Assembly (NCBI GenBank): GCA_963728205.1
Contig: CAVSIV010000006.1
Location: 32,001 to 96,000, forward strand
From: an uncultured Chloroflexia bacterium
Lineage (GTDB): Bacteria; Chloroflexota; Dehalococcoidia; UBA2979
DNA length: 64,000 nucleotides
Direction of reading: 5' to 3'
Below, one piece after another: positions 35,179 through 44,621 of this stretch. Numbering within the stretch: position 1 is the stretch's first letter; every line of letters begins with the position of its first letter. The position numbers were made by a program, and so were the translations under genes. The notes beneath the pieces are model-generated. The model was not told where the DNA came from. It did no database searches and saw only the letters and a list, made by a program, of their open reading frames with translations.

Positions 35179-35318
35179 CAAAGCGGCGGCAGATATGCCG
35201 CCGACAGGACGCGGACGCAGTCCGCGGCTGGCGCCGCGCTTCTGTCGGCGGCATATCTGCCGCCGCTTTGACTTCCGATGCGGCCCGAAGCCCTTCGACA
35301 GGCTCAGGACGGGCTCTG
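35179..35318. repeat. REPIN/MITE-like palindromic element, copy 1
   Basis: Perfect 29-bp inverted arms CAAAGCGGCGGCAGATATGCCGCCGACAG (35179-35207 / 35242-35270) plus right flank containing CCCTTCGACAGGCTCAGGAC; near-identical core at 56748-56838. Confidence 0.85.
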
Positions 35319-35339
35319 ACGCGCGCCGGGGGACGGGCT

Positions 35340-35549
35340 TCAGCCGCCGGCGCCGTCCTCCCATGCGATCGCCTGGCGCGGGCAGAGGCGGATCGCACGC
35401 TCCACCTGCTCGACCAGCACGTCCGGCACCTCGTCCATGAGCACGTGGCTCTGATCGTCGTCGCCCAGCTCGAAGACCTCGGGTGCGTTGTTTACGCAGC
35501 GGCCGTGGCCCTCGCAGGCGAGCGGGTCGACGCGAACGCGACGCGGCAT
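35340..35549 (-). CDS. Ferredoxin (3Fe-4S, P450 partner type)
   Basis: CEGHGRC..APEVF and CPRQAI; directly downstream of the P450. Confidence 0.92.
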   Translation of the reverse strand: MPRRVRVDPLACEGHGRCVNNAPEVFELGDDDQSHVLMDEVPDVLVEQVERAIRLCPRQAIAWEDGAGG

Positions 35550-35559
35550 GGCGGGCCTC

Positions 35560-36870
35560 CTACTTCGAGGGCGTATACGCGACGGGCAGGTGCTTGATGC
35601 CGCCGATGAAGTTCGACCGCAGTCGCTCCGCCGGGCCCGCCAGCTCGATGCGCGGGTAGCGGCGGAACAGCTCCTCGAACATCACGCGGATCTCCTTGCG
35701 CGCGAAGCCCGAGCCCAGGCAGAAGTGCTCGCCGATGCCGAACGCGAGGTGGTCGTTGGGCGAGCGCGTGATGTCGAAGCGGTACGGGTCGGCGAAGACG
35801 TCCTCGTCGCGGTTCACCGACGGGTACCACATGATCACCTTCTCGCCGGCGGCGACCTTCTGGCCGCGGATCTCGACGTCGGCCGTCGCCTCGCGCGCCA
35901 TGTGCGTGACCGGCGAAGTCCAGCGCAGGATCTCCTCGACGGCCGAGTCGATGAGCGACATGTCGGCCTGCAGGCGGGCGCGCTCGTCGGGGTGCTCGCA
36001 CAGCGCGATCAGGCCGCCCGAGATCGCGTTGCGGGTCGTCTCGTTGCCGGCGACGACCAGCAGGAAGCAGAACTCGAGGATCTCCATCTCGGTCAGCTTC
36101 ACGCCGTCGATCTCGGACTGCAGCAGGATGCTCACGAGGTCGTCGGTGCGCGGGTGCTGGCGGCGGTCCTCGAGCTGCTCGCGGAAGTAGCCGATCATCC
36201 GCATCATGCCGGCCATGTTCGTGGCCTGCGCGGCCTGGCCCGTGCCCACGGCGGCCTCGTCGACGGCGCCGGACTTCGCGGCCGCGGCCTGGTACTCGGG
36301 ATCGCCCGAGCCGAGGATCGAGTTCGTCAGCTCGAACATCAGCGGCCAGACCTCGCGGTCGAGCCCCATCATGCCGCAGATCACCGCGAGCGGGAGCTGG
36401 CTCGAGACCTCGAGCACGAAGTCGCCGTCGGTCTTGCCGTCGAGGCGGTCGAGGATCTCGTTCGTGATCTCGCGGATCTTCGGCTCCATCGCGTTCACGG
36501 CGCGCGGGGTGAAGCCCTTGTTCACGAGGCGGCGCATCTGCACGTGGCGCGGCGGATCCATCGTGATGATCGACGCGCCGGCGACGCCGACCTCCTGCTG
36601 GAAGATGCGGTTCTGCTCCTCGTTGACGTGGCGCGGGCCGGAGCCGGCGATGCCGTGCGAGGAGATGAACAGCTCGGGGTGGCGCGAGACGTAGAGCACG
36701 TCCTCCGCCTTGGTCAGCGACCAGAACCCGTTGAACTGCTCGGTGCCGGGGTTCCAGTGCACGGGCGCGTCGCGGCGCAGGAGGCGGAAGGCCTCGTGGG
36801 CCTCGTTGCGCTCGAAGAGGGTCGGATCGGCGAGGTTGATGCCGTGCGGCAGTTCGGTCGAGGCGACCAT
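35560..36870 (-). CDS. Cytochrome P450 (CYP124/125/142-like)
   Basis: MDPPRH, AGNETTRN, EEILRW, NRDEDVF, HLAFGIGEHFCLG. GGAGG RBS before ATG 36870. Confidence 0.95.
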   Translation of the reverse strand: MVASTELPHGINLADPTLFERNEAHEAFRLLRRDAPVHWNPGTEQFNGFWSLTKAEDVLYVSRHPELFISSHGIAGSGPRHVNEEQNRIFQQEVGVAGASIITMDPPRHVQMRRLVNKGFTPRAVNAMEPKIREITNEILDRLDGKTDGDFVLEVSSQLPLAVICGMMGLDREVWPLMFELTNSILGSGDPEYQAAAAKSGAVDEAAVGTGQAAQATNMAGMMRMIGYFREQLEDRRQHPRTDDLVSILLQSEIDGVKLTEMEILEFCFLLVVAGNETTRNAISGGLIALCEHPDERARLQADMSLIDSAVEEILRWTSPVTHMAREATADVEIRGQKVAAGEKVIMWYPSVNRDEDVFADPYRFDITRSPNDHLAFGIGEHFCLGSGFARKEIRVMFEELFRRYPRIELAGPAERLRSNFIGGIKHLPVAYTPSK

Positions 36871-37203
36871 GCGGAACCTCCTGGGACGACGGTGGTGGGC
36901 TGGGCTCGGGGTGAGATGCGTACAGAGTGTACGGGAGAGGGCGCAGCGTAGTGAGGGCCCAATCGGGTCGTCAACGGGGTCGGCGCGGGGTTCGCGCGGG
37001 GTGCGGCGGCGCGGGCACCCACGCCGAGGCGCCGATGACGCCGCCTCCGGTCGGCGGCATGTCTGCCGCCGCTGCGGTTCGCGCGGCGAGAGAGCATCGG
37101 CGCGCCTAGCGGATGCGATCCGACCCGGCGGCGCACACGGCCGTCGGCTCGTACGCTGACGCACCGGCAGCCCGGGCGAGATGAGAGAGCACAGGGGGAT
37201 TCG

Positions 37204-38538
37204 GTGACCGCAGGCGCATCCGCACGCTCGCCGCTCGCGGCGCGGCTCCTGCCGCGCGGACCGTTCTACGGCTGGTACGTCGCGATCGCGTGTTCGGTCG
37301 TGATGTTCGTCGGCGCGGCCGTCGGGTACTACGGGCTCGCGGTCTACCTGCGGCCGCTGCAGCAGGAGCACGGCTGGTCGAACGCCGCGGTCAGCGGTGC
37401 GACCAGCACCTACTTCATCGTCTCCGGCATCTCCGGCGCGTTCTTCGGCCCGTACATCGACCGCCACGGCCTGCGGCTGATGGTCCCCGGCTTCGTGATC
37501 ATGACCATCGCCGCGGCACTCGTCGGCTTCGTGCAGGAGGTCTGGCAGCTCTACGCCGTCTACGCGCTGCTCGCGCTCGCGTTCGGCATGTCGGCCACGG
37601 TCATCGTGAACGCGATCATGACGCGCTGGTTCGTGCGGCTGCGCGCGCGGGCGATGGCCATCTCGTCGACCGGCATCTCGGTCGGCGGCGTCGTGCTCAC
37701 GCCGCTGGTCAGCCACCTCGTCGACGTCGGCGGCATGCGCCTTGCGACCCCGACGATGGCGGCGCTCGTGCTCGTGGTGTCGCTGCCGATCATCTTCTTC
37801 GTGCTCGTCTTCGACCCGCGCGAGATGGGGCTGCGGCCGGACGGCCTCGCGCCGGGCGCCGCTGCGCCGCCCCCGCGCGTCGGGCTCAGCGAGGCGGCGC
37901 AGCGGCGCGCGTGGCGCCTCGCCGAGGCGATGCGCACCGTCTCGTTCTGGGGCGTGAACGTCGCGTTCGTGCTCGTGCTGCTCGCGCAGACCGGGTTCGT
38001 CATCCACCAGATCTCGTTCCTCGAGGTGCGACTCGGGTCGCGCGACACGGCCGCGCTGGCGCTCTCGACGACGGCGTTCGGGAGCATCGTCGCGCGGCTC
38101 GTGGTCGGCTACTTCGCCGACGCGGTCGACAAGCGCTGGCTCACGGCGGGGCTGTTCGTCGTGCAGGCGACGGCGGTGCTGCTCGTGCTGCATACCGAGA
38201 ACGCGGCGTTGACGTATCTGCTGGTGCTCGTGTTCGGGTTCACCATCGGCAACGTCTACATGATGCAGTCGCTGCTCGTCGGCGAGATCTTCGGGATGGT
38301 CTCGTTCGGCGCGGTGTTCGGCGTGGTCGCGATGTCGGCGCAGGTCGGCTCCGGTGTCGGGCCGTTCGTCGTGGGCTGGCTGCACGACCGCACCGGCGGC
38401 TACACGACGCCGTTCACGATCACCGCCGGCCTGACCTACGCGGCGGCGCTGGCGGTGCTGTTCGCGCGGCCGGTGCCGGCGCCGGGCGAGCCGGTCGCGG
38501 CGGCCGGGCCCACGGCCGAGCGCGCCGCCACGCGCTGA
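37204..38538 (+). CDS. MFS transporter (OFA/MCT-like)
   Basis: FYGWYV, GPYIDRHG, RWFVRLRARAM, GWLHDRTGGY; 12 TM. Confidence 0.9.
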   Translation: MTAGASARSPLAARLLPRGPFYGWYVAIACSVVMFVGAAVGYYGLAVYLRPLQQEHGWSNAAVSGATSTYFIVSGISGAFFGPYIDRHGLRLMVPGFVIMTIAAALVGFVQEVWQLYAVYALLALAFGMSATVIVNAIMTRWFVRLRARAMAISSTGISVGGVVLTPLVSHLVDVGGMRLATPTMAALVLVVSLPIIFFVLVFDPREMGLRPDGLAPGAAAPPPRVGLSEAAQRRAWRLAEAMRTVSFWGVNVAFVLVLLAQTGFVIHQISFLEVRLGSRDTAALALSTTAFGSIVARLVVGYFADAVDKRWLTAGLFVVQATAVLLVLHTENAALTYLLVLVFGFTIGNVYMMQSLLVGEIFGMVSFGAVFGVVAMSAQVGSGVGPFVVGWLHDRTGGYTTPFTITAGLTYAAALAVLFARPVPAPGEPVAAAGPTAERAATR

Positions 38539-38562
38539 GGCCCAGCGAGCGCGGGCGACCGG

Positions 38563-40134
38563 CTACACGGGTTCCACGAGCAGCTCGTCCCCCGGCTGCG
38601 CGACGGGAGCGGCCGGCCCGGCTGCCGCCCCCTGCGCCGGCTCGAGCGTCCGGAAGCGCGCCTGCAGCGCCTCGGTCGCCGCGCGATCGTTCACGGTGAA
38701 CCACGCGATCGCGAACGGGAGGAAGAGCAGCACGACGCACACGAGGAACGCGTCGTGGTACCCGGCGACGGCCGCGCGGAGCGCGAGCTGCGACGCCGGG
38801 AGCGTCGCGTGCGAGGCGGTGAGCGCGGCCTGGTGCGCGGCCGTGCGGCTGATCATCAGCGTGATGATGAACGCCACGCCGAACGACCCCGCGACCTGTC
38901 GCAGCGTGCTGTAGATCGACGACGCCGCGCCCTGCTTCGCGCTCTCGAGCGGCCCGTACATCGTGGTCTGGACCGCGACGATCGAGAACGCGAACGGGAT
39001 GCCGCGCAGCGTGAGCAGCGCCGTGATCACGAGCGGCGGCGTGTCGAGCGTGATCCAGACGAACGGCACGAGCGTGAGCGCCGCGAGGCCGAAGCCGGCA
39101 AGCAGCATGCGGCGGGGGCCGATGCGCGGGAACAGCCGGCTGGCGAACGGGAGCGACGCCGCCATGCCCAGCGTGCTCGGCGCCTGGATTAGCCCGGCCT
39201 GCAGCGGCGAGTAGCCGTGCAGCTCCTGCAGGAAGAGCGTGAGCAGCAGCGCGAAGCCGCCGAACGCGCCGAACGCCGGCGCCATCATGACGTTCGACGA
39301 CGCGAACAGCTGGCGCGTGAAGAGGCGCAGGTCGAGCACGGGGTGCGGCGTCGTCAGCTCGACCGCGGTGAAGGCGGCGAGGAGCGCGAGGCCGGCGCCG
39401 CCGAAGAGCAGGACGTTGCGCGCGCCCCAGCCGGCCTCGCCCGCCATCGAGAGCGCGTAGAGGAGGCTCGCGGTGCCGAGGCTGCCGGTGAGGAGGCCGG
39501 GGACGTCGAAGCGGCCCTGCGCGTAGTCCTCGCGGTGTTCCCGCAGCAGCCACGCACCGGCGACGAGCCCGAGCACGCCGGCCGGCAGGTTCACGTAGAA
39601 GATCCAGCGCCAGCTCACGTACTCGGTGAGGTACCCGCCCAGCACGGGGCCGAAGGTCGGCGCGAGCACCATGGGGATCGACATGATCGCCGACGCCTTG
39701 GCGCGCTCCACGCCCGGGAACTCGCGCGAGAGCATCGCGGTGCCGACCGGCGTCATCATGCCGCCGCCGACGCCCTGCAGCAGGCGGAACGCGACGAGCT
39801 CCTGGAGCGACCGCGCCTGCCCGCAGGCGCCCGACGCGAGCACGAAGAGGCTCATCGCGAGCAGATAGGTGCGCTTCGTGCCGAAGCGGTCGGAGAGGAA
39901 CCCGGCCGCCGGGATGAAAACCGCGAGGCTCAGCAGGTAGCCGGTGACCGTCCACTCGACGGCCGCCGTGCTCGCGTGGAAGTCGCGGCTCAGGCTGGGC
40001 AGCGCCACGTTCACGACGGTGCTGTCCATCATGTCCATGAACAGCCCGAACACGAAGACGCCGGCGACCAGGTACTTGTAGGGCAGCGCTCCGACCCGGC
40101 GGAGCGCCCCGCGCACCAGAGTGACCAGGGGCAT
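38563..40134 (-). CDS. DHA2 (EmrB/QacA) MFS efflux transporter
   Basis: MDSTVVNVALP, WTVTGY, LSDRFGTKR, FRLLQGVGGG, GPVLGG, WRWIFYVNLP; 14 TM. Start may be 40167. Confidence 0.93.
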   Translation of the reverse strand: MPLVTLVRGALRRVGALPYKYLVAGVFVFGLFMDMMDSTVVNVALPSLSRDFHASTAAVEWTVTGYLLSLAVFIPAAGFLSDRFGTKRTYLLAMSLFVLASGACGQARSLQELVAFRLLQGVGGGMMTPVGTAMLSREFPGVERAKASAIMSIPMVLAPTFGPVLGGYLTEYVSWRWIFYVNLPAGVLGLVAGAWLLREHREDYAQGRFDVPGLLTGSLGTASLLYALSMAGEAGWGARNVLLFGGAGLALLAAFTAVELTTPHPVLDLRLFTRQLFASSNVMMAPAFGAFGGFALLLTLFLQELHGYSPLQAGLIQAPSTLGMAASLPFASRLFPRIGPRRMLLAGFGLAALTLVPFVWITLDTPPLVITALLTLRGIPFAFSIVAVQTTMYGPLESAKQGAASSIYSTLRQVAGSFGVAFIITLMISRTAAHQAALTASHATLPASQLALRAAVAGYHDAFLVCVVLLFLPFAIAWFTVNDRAATEALQARFRTLEPAQGAAAGPAAPVAQPGDELLVEPV

Positions 40135-40485
40135 GCACGACCTCGATTGCCGCATCACGCCGGCCACGGCTCACGATCGCGAACCGCGGTCCGGGGCCGG
40201 CGAGCGCACACGCGCGCGGCGATCCGGGGTCCGGCGGCGTGGTGGGGTGGAGCGATAGTATTCGCAGGCCGGATAGTCCGCTAGTACCGTACTAGATCGG
40301 CCACGGCAGGTGCGGCGGTTCGGCGCATCGCCACGAAGAGCGCCCCTCGCCCGTTGGCGCCGGCACTGATGCGCCCGATCGTGACTGTCCGGTAGCGCCG
40401 TACTATCATCGCAGCGCGATGCGCGCTCCGTGACGCCCGTCCGTCGCGCCGCTGGTCCGTCCACCGGTGACCGCGCGGAGGCATC

Positions 40486-41892
40486 ATGGCTTCGAGCACC
40501 CGCATCCCACCGACCCCCGAGCCGCGTCGTGCGCGCGGCCCCGTCCACCGCCGCGCCGCGCGCGCGCTCGCCGGCGCCGGCCACCAGACCTTCGAGTCGC
40601 TCGTCGTACGCGACTTCCGCATCCTCTGGTTCGGCTTCATGGGCTCGTGGATGGCGATGCAGTTCCAGCAGGTGGCGCGCGGCTACCTCGCGTACCGCCT
40701 CACTGGCAACGCGCTCTCCCTGGGCCTCGTGACGCTCGCGATGGGCCTGCCGCGCATCGTCCTCTCGCCGGTCGGCGGCGCGCTCGCCGACCGCTTCGCG
40801 AAACGGACCGTGCTGCTGTGGACGCAGGCCGCGCTGGGCCTCTTCGCCCTCTGCGCGGCCGTGATGGTGGCCACCGGCGCGATGACGCTGCAGTGGCTGA
40901 TGGTGTTCGGCCTGCTGCAGGGCACCGCGTTCTCGATCAACATGCCGGCGCGCCAGGCGTACCTGCCGCAAGTCGTCGGCAAGGGCCCGGCGCTGGCGAA
41001 CGCGATCGCGCTCAACAACGCCGGCATGAACTTCAGCCGCGTCGTCGGCCCGGCGATCGCCGGCGTGCTGATCGCGACGCGGTTCGTCGGCGTCGCGGGC
41101 GTCTACTTCGTGTTCGCCGCCTGCTACCTCTGGGTGTGGTGGTCGATCTACCGCGTGGAGAACCGCGGCGAGTCGATGATGGCGCGGCGCAGCATGGGCC
41201 GCAGCCTGGGCGACGGCTTCGCATACGTCGCGCGCCGGCCCGCGCTCATCGCGCTGATGAGCCTCGGCTTCGTGCCCCTCGCCATCGGCATGCCGTACAT
41301 CAACCTCATGCCGGCGGTCGCGCTCGGCGACCTGCACATCGGGGCGACCGGCCTCGGGCTGCTGCTCACCATGTCCGGGATCGGCGCGCTGACCGGGACG
41401 CTCCTGATGGCCTACTTTGCCGCGTACCCGCGAAAGGGCGCGCTGCAGATCGCGCTCGGCATCCTGTTCGGCGTGGCGCTCTTCGGGTTCGCCTTCTTCG
41501 TGCGGCGCGGCGAGATCCTCTTCGCGCTGCCCTTCCTCTTCGCGAGCGGGATGTGCGGCGACGCCTACATGGCGCTGAACAGCACGCTGATCATGCTCGC
41601 GACCGACGAGGCGGTGTACGGGCGCGTGATGGGCGTCTACATGGTCGCGCAGTCGATCCGGCCGATCACCGTGCTGCCGATCAGCGCGCTGGCCGACGCC
41701 ATCTCGACGCCGGTGACGCTGATGGGCGCCGGCGCAACGGTGTCCGCGTTCGTGACCGGGGTGCTCGTGCTGTTCCCCGGCTACCGGCGCATCGGCGTGG
41801 CGTCGTCGCCGCTCGCGACGGCGCCGGCAGCGCCGTCGGCGCAGGCGGAGCCCGGCGACGAGGCGGAAGGCGCCGTCGCGGCCGCGGGCTAG
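40486..41892 (+). CDS. MFS transporter (DHA3-like, paralog of 30801-32171)
   Basis: GGALADRFAKR, PARQAYLPQVVG, NAIALN, GRVMGVY. GGAGG RBS. Confidence 0.9.
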   Translation: MASSTRIPPTPEPRRARGPVHRRAARALAGAGHQTFESLVVRDFRILWFGFMGSWMAMQFQQVARGYLAYRLTGNALSLGLVTLAMGLPRIVLSPVGGALADRFAKRTVLLWTQAALGLFALCAAVMVATGAMTLQWLMVFGLLQGTAFSINMPARQAYLPQVVGKGPALANAIALNNAGMNFSRVVGPAIAGVLIATRFVGVAGVYFVFAACYLWVWWSIYRVENRGESMMARRSMGRSLGDGFAYVARRPALIALMSLGFVPLAIGMPYINLMPAVALGDLHIGATGLGLLLTMSGIGALTGTLLMAYFAAYPRKGALQIALGILFGVALFGFAFFVRRGEILFALPFLFASGMCGDAYMALNSTLIMLATDEAVYGRVMGVYMVAQSIRPITVLPISALADAISTPVTLMGAGATVSAFVTGVLVLFPGYRRIGVASSPLATAPAAPSAQAEPGDEAEGAVAAAG

Positions 41893-41926
41893 GCGGCGCG
41901 GCCCCGCCGGTCGCGGACACGAGCCG

Positions 41927-42436
41927 TCAGGCGCGGGGCGGGACTTCCGTCAGCCGCCCCTCGTGGTCGGCGAAGTCCCACGCATCGATGAGCGGCGGCT
42001 CGACCCCGAGCGCGGTGAGCGCCGTGCACACCTGGCTGCGGTGGTCCGACCCGTGGTGGAGCGCCTGCGCCAGGCGGATGCCCACCGGCGCGTGCGTCTC
42101 GGACCCGTCCTCGCGGCGTCGCACCACGACGTGGTCCGGGTCCGGGTTTCGCTCGAGGTACGACGACCAGGCGCTGCCGCATCGCTCCATCGCCGCGCGC
42201 AGCGCCGAGAGGTCCATCGCGTCGGAGTCGATCAGCGGCGTCGCGCCCTCGGTCAGCGCGAACAGGTAGCCCGCGTCGCCGCCGACGAGGTGGCGCAGCG
42301 TGTCGAGGATCGAGCCGTAGGTCCCCGGGACCGGGGTCGCGAGCCGATCCGCGTCGAGCACGGAGCAGGCGTCAATCAGGCGGCACGTGGCCCAGACGTG
42401 GTGGGCAAAGGCGTCGGCCATCAACGGTCGCGGCAT
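41927..42436 (-). CDS. DinB-family protein
   Basis: HHVWAT, GSILDTLRHL, HHGSDHRSQV metal-binding His motif. Confidence 0.88.
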   Translation of the reverse strand: MPRPLMADAFAHHVWATCRLIDACSVLDADRLATPVPGTYGSILDTLRHLVGGDAGYLFALTEGATPLIDSDAMDLSALRAAMERCGSAWSSYLERNPDPDHVVVRRREDGSETHAPVGIRLAQALHHGSDHRSQVCTALTALGVEPPLIDAWDFADHEGRLTEVPPRA

Positions 42437-42525
42437 GCGCAGGATGGTAGCAGCGCGGCCGCCGGCGCCGCCGCCTGCCGGCCGGGCGCGCGCCGAACGT
42501 TCGCGCGCGGCGCCGGCGCGCCGGG

Positions 42526-43539
42526 CTAGCCGCGAACGCGCCGCCACTTGCGCAGGCTGACCATCTCGCGGGCCGGCGTCATGCGGCTGCCGACCTCCAC
42601 GTACGACACCTCCGCGACGTACACGTCGCCGCGCGAGTCGACCGCGATGCTGTGCGGCCAGAGGAACTGCTCCGGCGCCTCGCCCGGCAGCGGCGCGCCG
42701 ATGCGCTTCACCAGCTTGCCCTCGAGCGTGTAGATCGAGACGCGGTGGCCGAGGTTCGGCACGCCGAGCTGCACCGGCGGCGGACCCTGTTCCGCGACGT
42801 ACAGACGGTCGTCGTCGCCCCGCCCGCGCGCGACCGCCACCGCGTGGTGCACGCCCCACATCCGCACGAACTCGCCGTCGACGGTGAAGACCTGCACGCG
42901 ATGGTTCTCGCGGTCGCACACGATCACGTGGCGGTCGTCCACCATCGCGATGTTGTGCGGCAGGCTGAACTCGCCCGGGTCCGCACCGGGCGAGCCCCAC
43001 GACAGGATGTGGTTGCCCTCGCGGTCGTAGCGGTGCACGCGCGAGTTGCCGTAGCCGTCACTGATGAAGATGTCGCCGTTGGCGGGGGAGACCGCGACGT
43101 CGGTCGGTCGGTTGAACGGATCGCCGCCCTGCTTCTCGGCCGGCGTGCCGGTGCCGATCGTCATCAGCGTGTTCCCGGCGCGGTCGGCTTTCGTCATCGT
43201 GTGCGTGTGCACGTCGACGAGCCAGAGGTTGTCGTCCGGGTCGACGCGCACGGAGTGCGGCCACTGGAAGCGCACGCCCTCCCACACGAGCCGCGTTACG
43301 CCGTACGGGTCGCGGATCTCGTGCATGCCGGCGTGCGGCGTCTCGTTGCCCCAGTGGTCGACGAGGTTGCCGTCGCGGTCGAAGACGAGCATCGGCATGT
43401 TGCCGCGATTGAACACGTAGACGCGATCCTCGGAGTCGACGGCGACGGAGGTGGCCTCGCGCAGCCACAAGCCGTGCGGGACCTTCGCCCAGCCCGGGAC
43501 GGGCTCGTACTGCGTGTCGGCGGTGACAGGTGACGGCAT
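42526..43539 (-). CDS. NHL-repeat beta-propeller (peptidyl-alpha-hydroxyglycine lyase-like)
   Basis: VAVDSEDRVYVFNR, FNRPTDVA, ISDGYGNSRV, FSLPHNIA, DRENHRVQVF, PHSIAVDSRGDVYVAEV. Confidence 0.9.
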   Translation of the reverse strand: MPSPVTADTQYEPVPGWAKVPHGLWLREATSVAVDSEDRVYVFNRGNMPMLVFDRDGNLVDHWGNETPHAGMHEIRDPYGVTRLVWEGVRFQWPHSVRVDPDDNLWLVDVHTHTMTKADRAGNTLMTIGTGTPAEKQGGDPFNRPTDVAVSPANGDIFISDGYGNSRVHRYDREGNHILSWGSPGADPGEFSLPHNIAMVDDRHVIVCDRENHRVQVFTVDGEFVRMWGVHHAVAVARGRGDDDRLYVAEQGPPPVQLGVPNLGHRVSIYTLEGKLVKRIGAPLPGEAPEQFLWPHSIAVDSRGDVYVAEVSYVEVGSRMTPAREMVSLRKWRRVRG

Positions 43540-43619
43540 GACGGGCTCCCCTCGTCGCTTGCCGGCAGCGTAGCGCGCCCCGCGCGACGGCGGAGGAGGC
43601 GGCCGCCGGCGGGACACCA

Positions 43620-43848
43620 CCGCGCCGACGGCGCGCCGACGGAGCCCGCGCCGCGGCGTCAGCCCGGCGCGCGGCGGAGGAGGATCTCGCCCGCGACGGC
43701 GCGAGCCGTCACGGGCGCGAGCGCGGACCCACATCCTCCTCCGCGCCGACCGCGCGCCGACGGAGCCCGCGCCGCGGCGTCAGCCCGGCGCGCGGCGGAG
43801 GAGGATCTCGCCCGCGACGGCGCGAGCCGTCACGGGCGCGAGCGCGGA
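43620..43848. repeat. Direct repeat, 2 x 108 bp (period 121)
   Basis: 43620-43727 and 43741-43848 are identical but for one base; separated by CCCACATCCTCCT. Confidence 0.9.
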
Positions 43849-43850
43849 GA

Positions 43851-44351
43851 TTATCTGTAGTTCCCGAACTTCGGCTCGAAGCCCCAGTCCTCGCCGCGCA
43901 CCGCGCGGATCACCGCCTGGAGGTCGTCGCGATTCGGCGCCGAGACGCGCACGGCGTCGCCCTGGATCTGCGGCTGCACGCCCTTGAGCTTCTGATCGCG
44001 GATGAACTTCGCGATCCGCCGAGCACTGTCGGAGTCGATCCCCTGCACCAGCGTGACGACCTGCCGCACCGTGTCGCCGGCCGCGCGCACCACCTCGCCA
44101 CGCCGCATGTTCTGCACCGGCACGTCACGCGCGACGAGGCGCCCGACGAGCACGTCCCAGACGGCGTTCAGCTTGTACTCGTCGGTGGTGTGCAGGGTGA
44201 GCGTGCCGGCCGCGCGGTCGAAGTCGATCTCGACGAGCACGCCCTTGAAGTCGTAGCGGCCGGTGATCTCCTTGCGCGCCTGGTTCAGCGCGTTGTCGAC
44301 CTCCTGCAGGTCGGCGCCAGTCGTGATGTCGAACGACTCGGTCTTCGGCAT
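43851..44351 (-). CDS. yajQ: YajQ family nucleotide (c-di-GMP)-binding protein
   Basis: SFDI, QEVDNALNQARKEI..RYDFKG, QGID, QIQGDAVRVS..RDDLQ, FGNYR. Confidence 0.95.
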   Translation of the reverse strand: MPKTESFDITTGADLQEVDNALNQARKEITGRYDFKGVLVEIDFDRAAGTLTLHTTDEYKLNAVWDVLVGRLVARDVPVQNMRRGEVVRAAGDTVRQVVTLVQGIDSDSARRIAKFIRDQKLKGVQPQIQGDAVRVSAPNRDDLQAVIRAVRGEDWGFEPKFGNYR

Positions 44352-44405
44352 GAGCGGCTCCTCTTCACCCGTCGGGGCGCGATCGTGCCGCGTCGCGCCG
44401 CTCTT

Positions 44406-44500
44406 GGCGAGCGGCAGGCGTTCCCGCCTGCCGACTTCGGTACGCGAAACCGCTCGGCCGGACCCACAGAGTCGGCAGGCGGGAACGCCTGCCGCTCGCC
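44406..44500. repeat. REPIN-like palindrome, 31-bp perfect inverted arms
   Basis: GGCGAGCGGCAGGCGTTCCCGCCTGCCGACT (44406-44436) and its reverse complement (44470-44500); each arm is itself a hairpin. Confidence 0.88.
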
Positions 44501-44621
44501 CGACCGGTTGGCGAAGCGGCCGCGGGGCCGAGCGCGACGGCCGTGACGCGCGCTCGATTGCGTCCTAGCCTGCTGCCGTCACGACATCCCGCGCCCCGCG
44601 ACCTGCAAACGGAGCCGCCGC

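Noticed and set aside
42526-43539. Peptide-amidating partner for the lasso peptide
   Set aside because: More than 20 kb away, no monooxygenase (PHM) partner, the core ends in Ser not Gly, and NHL proteins of this type are common.
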